The notes below the pieces were generated by a model, which was not told where the DNA came from, did no database searches, and saw nothing but the letters and a program-made list of their open reading frames with translations. Below, one piece after another: positions 57,082 to 64,000 of a DNA stretch of 64,000 bases. Origin of the DNA: an uncultured Ruminiclostridium sp. (GTDB taxonomy: Bacteria > Bacillota > Clostridia > Oscillospirales > Ruminococcaceae); assembly GCA_947623915.1 (NCBI GenBank), contig CANQIB010000007.1:4583-68582 (forward strand). The letters are read 5' to 3'. Position numbers and translations under genes: made by a program. Position 1 is the first letter of the stretch. Every line of letters starts with the position of its first letter.

Positions 57082-57705
57082 TCAGTTAAATTTATTCATT
57101 GCTTCGTTTATCTTTCCGCTTACTATGAGTTCCGCCGCCTCCGCCGCGCTTTTAAGCGCCGCCTCCAGCTTTTCCCCCTCTTCCTTTTTAAAGTGCGACA
57201 GCACCCAGTCCGCCAGCGGATAATCTTTATGCGGCTTTGCCCCCACTCCTATCCTTATTCGGGAAAAAGCGTCGCTGCCGGTAAGATATATTATGCTTTT
57301 CATTCCGTTATGCCCGCCGTCGCTGCCCTTTTGCCTTATTCTCAGCTTGCCCACGTCAAGGGCTATATCGTCGTATATCACGGTAAGCTCCGCGGGAGTC
57401 AGCCGATAATAATCCAACGCCTCGGTTATCGCCTCGCCGCTGTTGTTCATAAAAGTGGTGGGTTTCAGCAGCAGGCAGCGCCGACCGCCGAGCATGACGT
57501 CGGCGGTCAGCGATTTGAATTTTAACTTTTTTACCTGTACGCCCGTTTTTTCGGCGATAACATCCACCGCCATGAACCCCGCGTTGTGGCGAGTGTCCTC
57601 ATACTGCGTACCGGGATTTCCCAAGCCCGCGATGATATGATCCGGCGGCCCCGAAACAGCGGGCTTTTGCGCGTCCAGCTTGGCAAAAATATCAAATATG
57701 CTCAT
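57082..57705 (-). CDS. pth: Peptidyl-tRNA hydrolase
   Basis: GLGNPG..YEDTRHNAGF, KPTTFMNNSG, GGHNG. Confidence 0.97.
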   Translation of the reverse strand: MSIFDIFAKLDAQKPAVSGPPDHIIAGLGNPGTQYEDTRHNAGFMAVDVIAEKTGVQVKKLKFKSLTADVMLGGRRCLLLKPTTFMNNSGEAITEALDYYRLTPAELTVIYDDIALDVGKLRIRQKGSDGGHNGMKSIIYLTGSDAFSRIRIGVGAKPHKDYPLADWVLSHFKKEEGEKLEAALKSAAEAAELIVSGKINEAMNKFN

Positions 57706-57721
57706 TTTTCAATATATACCG

Positions 57722-59191
57722 TCAGCGGAAGTACGCGGCAGCCAGCTTTTTCAGCTTTTTCGCCGCCGACGCCGGAGGGTTGGCTTTTAGCCGCCAGCTC
57801 CAGTTTCCGCCAAGGGTGGAGGGCGTGTTCATTCTCGCCTTCTTCCCCAGCCCCAGCACGTCCTGCATCGGTACTACCGCCAGCATGGAGGGGCTTTGAT
57901 ATATGCTCCTTATAAAACTCAGGTTTTTCTTTTCAAGCAGTCCCGCGCCGATATAGCTCTTTGCCATTTTCGCCGCCGAAGGCGACGCCGAGCGGTACCA
58001 CCCCATTATGGTATCGTTGTCGTGAGTGCCGGTATAGCATACGCTGTTCACCGGATAATTATGCGGCAGGTGCGCGTTGTCCTTATGCTCGTTATTAAAG
58101 CCGAATTGCAGCACCCGCATACCGGGAAAGCCGCTTTTTTTCAGCAGCACCCTTACGCTGTCGAATATATCGCCGAGATCCTCCGCTATTATATCGACCT
58201 CTCCCAGCTCCTTTTTTACCGTGTCGAACAGCTTCATGCCCGGCCCTTTGCGCCAGTCGCCGTATTCCGCCGTTTTCGCGTCGGCAGGCACGGCATAATA
58301 GGTGTCGAACGCGCGGAAATGGTCTATCCTCACGACGTCGAACAGCTTCATCGCGTGGTCTATCCTGCTGAGCCACCATTCAAAATTATCCTTTTCCATG
58401 CGCTCCCAGTTGTACAGTGGATTCCCCCAAAGCTGACCCGTCGCGGAGAAATAATCCGGCGGCACTCCCGCTACCAGAGTAGGCTGAAGCTCGATGTTCA
58501 TGGTGAACATCGTCGGATCCGCCCACACGTCGGCGCTGTCCATCGCGGCATATATCGGAATATCGCCGATGATACCTATACCGTTCTTTTGGGCGTACGC
58601 TCTCAGCTTTTTCCATTGAGTAAAGAAAATATACTGTACGAAACGGTGGTATTTTATCCTGTCCGCAAGCTCCTCCCGCGCTTTTTTCATTGCCTCCGGC
58701 TTGCGCATTTTTATATCTCTGTCCCAAGTCAGCCAAGAACGCAGTCCGTTTTGCTCCTTCAGCGCCATGAACAGGGAGTAATCCTCCAGCCACCACGCCT
58801 GTTCCTGCACGAACGCGAGATATGCCACGTCTTCGGAAAAATTGCGGTATGCCTTTTCCAGCAGCTCGCTTTTCTGAGCCGCGACCTTTTCATAATCGAC
58901 GCAGGAGGGGTCCTCCCCGTACTCGCGTCCCTTTATGTCCTCGCGACCGATAAGCCCCATGCCCGCAAGCTCCCACAGGTCTATCAGCAGCGGATTTCCG
59001 GCGAACGCCGAGAGCGATTGATAGGGAGAATCCCCGTATCCCGTCGGATTTATCGGCAGCACCTGCCAGTATTTCTGCCCCGCCGCTTTCAGCCAGTCCA
59101 CAAAATCGTAAGCGGGCTTTCCGAGAGAGCCTATCCCCTCGTTTGAGGGAAGACAGGTTATGTGCATCAATATGCCGCAGCTACGTTCCAC
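57722..59191 (-). CDS. malQ: 4-alpha-glucanotransferase (GH77 amylomaltase)
   Basis: GILMHITCLP, WQVLPINP, GDIPIY, RIDHFR, IAEDLG, YTGTHDN; GTG start 59191. Confidence 0.95.
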   Translation of the reverse strand: MERSCGILMHITCLPSNEGIGSLGKPAYDFVDWLKAAGQKYWQVLPINPTGYGDSPYQSLSAFAGNPLLIDLWELAGMGLIGREDIKGREYGEDPSCVDYEKVAAQKSELLEKAYRNFSEDVAYLAFVQEQAWWLEDYSLFMALKEQNGLRSWLTWDRDIKMRKPEAMKKAREELADRIKYHRFVQYIFFTQWKKLRAYAQKNGIGIIGDIPIYAAMDSADVWADPTMFTMNIELQPTLVAGVPPDYFSATGQLWGNPLYNWERMEKDNFEWWLSRIDHAMKLFDVVRIDHFRAFDTYYAVPADAKTAEYGDWRKGPGMKLFDTVKKELGEVDIIAEDLGDIFDSVRVLLKKSGFPGMRVLQFGFNNEHKDNAHLPHNYPVNSVCYTGTHDNDTIMGWYRSASPSAAKMAKSYIGAGLLEKKNLSFIRSIYQSPSMLAVVPMQDVLGLGKKARMNTPSTLGGNWSWRLKANPPASAAKKLKKLAAAYFR

Positions 59192-59208
59192 CGTAACACC
59201 TCCGCTCT

Positions 59209-60741
59209 TTATTCGTCGTTCCTGTCGGTACGGAACGGCGCGGCAGGTATGCCGCTGTTCCCGTACAATGCCACATCGGAATAGTTTGTCCACAGATACC
59301 GCAGATACAGCGGTACTTTTACCTCGGCGGCGCTTGCCATTACCGTATTGTCCGCGTTTATCACGGCGGCGGCGGGATAGAATTTTTTATCCGCCCCCGC
59401 TATCTCAAAGCCGGTCAATCCGTTTTCGCCGCGCACCTCAAGCCCGTTTTCGGCATGACGGAAGAAAACGCGCAGTTTATCGTTTTCCCGCTCGATATGG
59501 TCGTATATCGGGCCGAAAGCCTCTATGCTCTTATCGCCGTACACATGGTACATAGCCTGCAGGTACAGTCTGTGTCCCACCGGCAGCTTGTTTTTGGGGT
59601 GTATCTCGTTAAACTCTCCGCAGTCGATTATCACCGCTATGCCGGTATTTTTTACGGTGTCGTAAACTCTCATCTGAGCCTCGCGGATAATGCACCAATG
59701 CTTTTTATCGGGATCCGCCTCATAGCGGTGCATCGGGAGCTGAACGAACAGGAACGGCAGGCTGTCGTCCCCCCAGTCGTCCCTCCAAAGCTGTATAAGT
59801 GCCTTGAACAGTTTAAAATAGGTGTTCGGACGGTTGTCGTCCGTTTCCCCCTGATAGTAGATAAAGCCCTTTATCGTATACGGGCAGACGCGTTTTAACA
59901 TACTGTCGTACAGCGCCGTTGCGTGGAACGGGTTCATCGGGCAGAGCGGCCCGGGGTAAAGATTAGGCCCGCAGTACGCGCACACCTCGTCCCAGCTTGC
60001 CTTTGGGTTTTTCGCATAGACCTCCTGCGATTTTTCAAACCACGCCTTATCGTACGCTATATAATCCTCGTACTCCTTTTTGAGCTGCTCCTCGGTCTTT
60101 CCCGCGACGGCGGAATCGTAATCATCAAGGTAGGCTTTGGTGTCGATGTCCCTTTCCAGCGCCTCCCTGCTCATCCAGTAGCTTGCGCTGGTGCCTCCCC
60201 AGTTGCAGCCTATAATGCCCACGGTCACGCCGAGCTTTGCCGCAAGCTCCCTTGCGAAGAAATACCCCACCGCGCTCCAGCACCTTGCCGTTTCGCTGTC
60301 AAACTCGCTCCAGCCGGTATTTTCCTCGTCCGCGAAAAACTTCTCGTCCATAACGCAGTTTTTCTGCGTATAGTAATATCTGACGTTGGGCGTCTTATCC
60401 TCGGCGAGCGTCTGTTTGCCGTTGGAGCAGTTCTGAAGCTCAAGCTCCATATTGCTTTGTCCGCCCGCAAGCCAGACTTCCCCTATCATGACGTTGTAAA
60501 AGGTAACGACGTCCTCGCCGTCGGTCAGCGTCATCTCGTAAGGTCCGCCCGCCTCCATCGTGGGAAGCTGCACGCACCATTTTCCGCCCAGTACCGCCGC
60601 TGACGCGCTGTATCCGCAAAAAGAAACGGTGACGGTAACGCCGTCCTCGCCCCTGCCGAATACCTTAAAGCATTTTTCTCTTTGAAGCACCATGTTGCTG
60701 CTGAATACGGCAGCCGCTTTGAATTTTCCCATTTTCCACAT
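59209..60741 (-). CDS. Sialate O-acetylesterase (SASA/SGNH family)
   Basis: GEVWLAGGQSNME, WGGT, YQGETD, IHPKNK. Confidence 0.9.
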   Translation of the reverse strand: MWKMGKFKAAAVFSSNMVLQREKCFKVFGRGEDGVTVTVSFCGYSASAAVLGGKWCVQLPTMEAGGPYEMTLTDGEDVVTFYNVMIGEVWLAGGQSNMELELQNCSNGKQTLAEDKTPNVRYYYTQKNCVMDEKFFADEENTGWSEFDSETARCWSAVGYFFARELAAKLGVTVGIIGCNWGGTSASYWMSREALERDIDTKAYLDDYDSAVAGKTEEQLKKEYEDYIAYDKAWFEKSQEVYAKNPKASWDEVCAYCGPNLYPGPLCPMNPFHATALYDSMLKRVCPYTIKGFIYYQGETDDNRPNTYFKLFKALIQLWRDDWGDDSLPFLFVQLPMHRYEADPDKKHWCIIREAQMRVYDTVKNTGIAVIIDCGEFNEIHPKNKLPVGHRLYLQAMYHVYGDKSIEAFGPIYDHIERENDKLRVFFRHAENGLEVRGENGLTGFEIAGADKKFYPAAAVINADNTVMASAAEVKVPLYLRYLWTNYSDVALYGNSGIPAAPFRTDRNDE

Positions 60742-60749
60742 ACCTTTCG

Positions 60750-61688
60750 CTAAGATCTGCTTTTATTTCCGACGCCCTGCTCGCTTGCGAGCCGTTCGTA
60801 CAGCTTTGCGGAATCCTCCGTGCAAAGCGATACCGTTCTTTGCGCGGTACAGCCGCCCGTTCCTGTCGGAATGAGCCTAAGCCTTACCTCCACCGAATGG
60901 CCGCCGCACCTCCTGACGGCAAACAGCTCGCCGTCGTCGGTCTTTACCGCGCTGCCCCTTATCCCGTACTGCCTGCCGCAGACAGGACAGGAATAACTGT
61001 TCACCGCGCCGCTGCGCAGCGCGTCGCTTTTGTTTTTATATACCTTGTCACCGCGATACACCACACTCAGACTTCTGAACGGAGCGCGGCGGGCGTTCTC
61101 CACCTTGCGCTGCCATTCCAGCCTGCCGGATATGTCGTCCACTTTGCTTAAAACCAGCGCGGTGTAATATGCGTCGTTCGCGGCGCTGTGATACCTCAAT
61201 TCGGTATCCGTCGCCCCGATAAGCTCCACCGCCCCCGACAGCGTTATCTGCTGACGGTCGATATTGTACATTCTGGTCACTATGGGCTGAAGATTGAACC
61301 ACTCAGGCAGCCATGAACAGTCGCACCCGAAAAAGGCGCATTGCGCTTTTAGCATCTGGACGTCCTCGTTGCCCCATATGACCGTCATTACGTCATCGTT
61401 CATCGAGCGTATCCAACGGTTAAAGCGCATAAGCACCCGTTCAAAATCGTCCGCGTCTTTAAGCATTTCCTGAGTTATGCCGGTGAGCCGCCGTATCTTC
61501 GGGCGCAGTCTGGTGTAATATACGGGTCTTACATATTCGTCAAACACCGTCGGCAGGACTTTGCCGTCCTTTACCGCATAAGCTCCTATCTGTATTATCT
61601 CGACCGGCAGAATATGTCCGCCGCGCTTTACCGATCTTTCCTTTGTTACCGGCTGGCTCCACTCCATGTCGAGTACGATATATGTCAT
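60750..61688 (-). CDS. DEDDh 3'-5' exonuclease (KapD/ERI-like) with a C-terminal Cys-containing extension
   Basis: VLDMEW, EIIQIGA, HSAANDA; CPVC..CGGH tail. Confidence 0.82.
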   Translation of the reverse strand: MTYIVLDMEWSQPVTKERSVKRGGHILPVEIIQIGAYAVKDGKVLPTVFDEYVRPVYYTRLRPKIRRLTGITQEMLKDADDFERVLMRFNRWIRSMNDDVMTVIWGNEDVQMLKAQCAFFGCDCSWLPEWFNLQPIVTRMYNIDRQQITLSGAVELIGATDTELRYHSAANDAYYTALVLSKVDDISGRLEWQRKVENARRAPFRSLSVVYRGDKVYKNKSDALRSGAVNSYSCPVCGRQYGIRGSAVKTDDGELFAVRRCGGHSVEVRLRLIPTGTGGCTAQRTVSLCTEDSAKLYERLASEQGVGNKSRS

Positions 61689-61726
61689 TAACGGTCCTCT
61701 CCTGTTGTCTGTTGCTGTCGGCCGTC

Positions 61727-62554
61727 TTAAATGGCTACCTCAAACTTCTCGTCAAACTCATGATATTTGTAATTTTCCAAAGTAAACGAATATCTGTCAA
61801 ACTTGTAAAAATCGTCAATATCCGCCACCTTGAGCGTCGGGGCGGGATACGGCTCTTTTTCTATCAGCCGCTTTACTATATCCGTGTGCCTGTCGTATAT
61901 GTGAGCGTCGGCGATGACGTGTACCAGCTCTCCCGCTGTAAGCCCCGATACCTTTGCAAACATTATCAGCAGCGCCGCATACATACAAACGTTCCAGTTG
62001 TTCGCAGCGAGCATATCCTGTGAACGTTGATTTAATATGCCGTTCAGCACGTTGCCGCTGACGTTGAAGGTCATGCTGTACGCGCAGGGCGCAAGCCCCA
62101 TTTCGTGCAGGTCGCGGTGTACATACATATTCGTCATAATACGACGGCTGGCGGGGTTGTGTTTCAAATCGTACAGCACCTTGTCCACCTGGTCAAATTC
62201 GCCCTCGGGGTATATGCTTTTCTGGGCGAGCTGCCAGCCGTACGCCTTGCCTATGGTGCCGTTTTCGTCCGCCCACGCGTCCCATATATGGGTGGTAAGA
62301 TCCGCTACGCGGTTGCTCTTTTTCTGATATATCCAAAGTATCTCGTCTATCGCCGAGCGGTAGTATATCCTCCTCAGCGTCATTATGGGAAATTCCTCCC
62401 GCAGGTCGTAACGGTTCACGATACCGAATTTTTTCACGGTATGCGCGGGCGTGCCGTCCGGCCATTTGGGACGCACCTCCCTGTCGGTATCCCATACCCC
62501 GTTTTCCAGTATGTCACGGCAGTTTTGTATAAAGATAAGATCCGCCTTGCTCAT
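61727..62554 (-). CDS. thyA: Thymidylate synthase
   Basis: EILWIY, SRRIM, LAPCA, NQRSQDML, DAHIYDRH. Confidence 0.95.
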   Translation of the reverse strand: MSKADLIFIQNCRDILENGVWDTDREVRPKWPDGTPAHTVKKFGIVNRYDLREEFPIMTLRRIYYRSAIDEILWIYQKKSNRVADLTTHIWDAWADENGTIGKAYGWQLAQKSIYPEGEFDQVDKVLYDLKHNPASRRIMTNMYVHRDLHEMGLAPCAYSMTFNVSGNVLNGILNQRSQDMLAANNWNVCMYAALLIMFAKVSGLTAGELVHVIADAHIYDRHTDIVKRLIEKEPYPAPTLKVADIDDFYKFDRYSFTLENYKYHEFDEKFEVAI

Positions 62555-62578
62555 AGTTCCCTCCGAATATACGTTCAG

Positions 62579-63898
62579 TTAATTTTCACTAAGTATAAAC
62601 ATATCGTATATAACTTTTACCGCTTTTTCAAAGTCCGACTCATGTATCGCGACGATTATATTAAGCTCGCTGGAGCCCTGGTCTATCATTCTGATATTTA
62701 TATCGGCGTGTGAAAGCGCGGCGAATACGCGGGTAGCGATACCCTTTTTGCTCCTCATGCCCGCGCCCACTACCGCGATAAGCGCAAGTCCGTCCTCTAC
62801 CGCTATATGGTTGGGCTGTGTCACCTCGCATATTTTATCCACGATGTCCGGCACTCTTTCTATAGCGGCGGTATCCACGACGATACTCATGGTGTCGATA
62901 CCCGTGGGTATATGCTCAAAGCTGACGTTGTTTTTCTCCATGACGGTGAGTATGCGGCGCAAAAATCCTACCTCGCTGTTCATCTCGTCCTTTTCTATGG
63001 AGATTACCGAGAAATGCTTTTTGCCCGCGATACCTGTGATGATATGCTCCGGCGGGTCGTTGTTCTCCGCCACTATCATCGTGCCTTTTGCCGCGGGGTC
63101 GTTGGTATTTTTTATATTTATCGGTATCTTCGCGCTGCGCACGGGGAATATCGCCGCTTCGTGCAGCACTCCCGCACCCATGTAGGAAAGCTCGCGCAGC
63201 TCCTTATATGTAATGGTCTCTATGGTCTTGGGGTCTTTTACTATCCTCGGATCCGCCACCAAAAATCCGCTGACGTCCGTCCAGTTTTCGTAAAGGTCGG
63301 CGTTTATCGCTTTTGCCACTATCGAGCCGGTAACGTCGCTGCCTCCGCGCGAGAAGGTCTTTACCGTTCCGTCCGGCATCGCGCCGTAAAATCCCGGTAT
63401 CACCGCCTGATGCACGTCATGCAAGACCGAGGCGAGACAGGTGTCGGTCAGCGTATCGTCAAAATGCCCGTCGGGGGCGAAAAAGATCACCTTTGCGGGG
63501 TCGATAAACTCATAGCCGAGATAATTCGACATGATTATACCGTTGAGGTATTCACCGCGGCTGGCGGCATAATCCGCGCCCGCCTTTTTGCGGAAGTTTT
63601 CTATTATCGTTTCATACTCTCTGTCAAGGGAGATGGTCAGTCCGAGGTCTTTTATGATACCGTCAAAACGCTGAGCTATCGGGGCAAACTGATTGTAAGC
63701 GTTCTTCCCTTTGTTTGCCACCGCGTCATAACAGGCGTACAGCATATCCGTTACCTTTATATCGTCGGAAAACCTCTTGCCGGGGGCGCTGGGTACGACA
63801 TAGCGTCTTGCCTTATCCGCTCTGATTATCGACGCGACCTTGCGGAACTGATTTGCGTCCGCAAGAGAGCTTCCGCCGAATTTCACCACTTTTACCAT
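62579..63898 (-). CDS. lysC: Aspartate kinase
   Basis: VVKFGGSSLA, SRGGSDVTG, WTDVSG..ADPRIV, ACT domains. Confidence 0.93.
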   Translation of the reverse strand: MVKVVKFGGSSLADANQFRKVASIIRADKARRYVVPSAPGKRFSDDIKVTDMLYACYDAVANKGKNAYNQFAPIAQRFDGIIKDLGLTISLDREYETIIENFRKKAGADYAASRGEYLNGIIMSNYLGYEFIDPAKVIFFAPDGHFDDTLTDTCLASVLHDVHQAVIPGFYGAMPDGTVKTFSRGGSDVTGSIVAKAINADLYENWTDVSGFLVADPRIVKDPKTIETITYKELRELSYMGAGVLHEAAIFPVRSAKIPINIKNTNDPAAKGTMIVAENNDPPEHIITGIAGKKHFSVISIEKDEMNSEVGFLRRILTVMEKNNVSFEHIPTGIDTMSIVVDTAAIERVPDIVDKICEVTQPNHIAVEDGLALIAVVGAGMRSKKGIATRVFAALSHADINIRMIDQGSSELNIIVAIHESDFEKAVKVIYDMFILSEN

Positions 63899-63967
63899 AT
63901 ATGTTTGTGTCCTTTCTTTATCCGCGCCGTCACGCGGTATGTTATCGTATAAAATTTATTCTTAATT

Positions 63968-63996
63968 ATTTTACCACATATCCTAAAAAAAAGCAA
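63968..63996 (-). promoter_or_regulatory. sigma-A promoter TTGCTT-N17-TAAAAT for the aspartate kinase operon
   Basis: Hexamers at 63996-63991 and 63973-63968 with TGTG extension. Confidence 0.65.
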
Positions 63997-64000
63997 TAGC

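Overview
Core-genome window from a spore-forming Clostridia-class firmicute (Oscillospiraceae/Ruminococcaceae-like, inferred from gene set, SASP and an NPXTG sorting motif). It holds T-box-controlled ileS, a GH2 beta-galactosidase, an EF-G paralogue, a P-type ATPase, a c-di-GMP/two-component patch, ktrAB, the complete S10-spc-alpha ribosomal superoperon (27.8-43.9 kb, minus strand), ferritin/rubrerythrin, nfnAB, rpsP-ffh, mfd-pth-malQ, thyA and aspartate kinase. No transposase, phage, CRISPR, rRNA or tRNA gene was seen. The most notable signals are outside the standard annotation. (1) Two families of non-autonomous, highly structured repeats. Family A (3 copies, about 195-229 bp) always abuts an intrinsic terminator and once duplicates it exactly (27 bp). 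Family B (2 copies, about 270 bp) is TA-flanked, has terminal inverted repeats carrying tRNA T-arm-like hairpins, and one copy frameshifts a response-regulator gene. (2) Asp replaces conserved residues at three antibiotic-contact loops of the ribosome (uS10 Y58-equivalent, uL4 G69, uL22 A89). (3) A sortase substrate has almost no passenger domain. (4) A receiver domain is fused directly to a truncated amino-acid-binding domain. (5) The 800-bp intergenic region upstream of the S10 promoter is a mosaic of cruciform and cloverleaf elements. All product calls come from motif recognition by eye; no database search was run.
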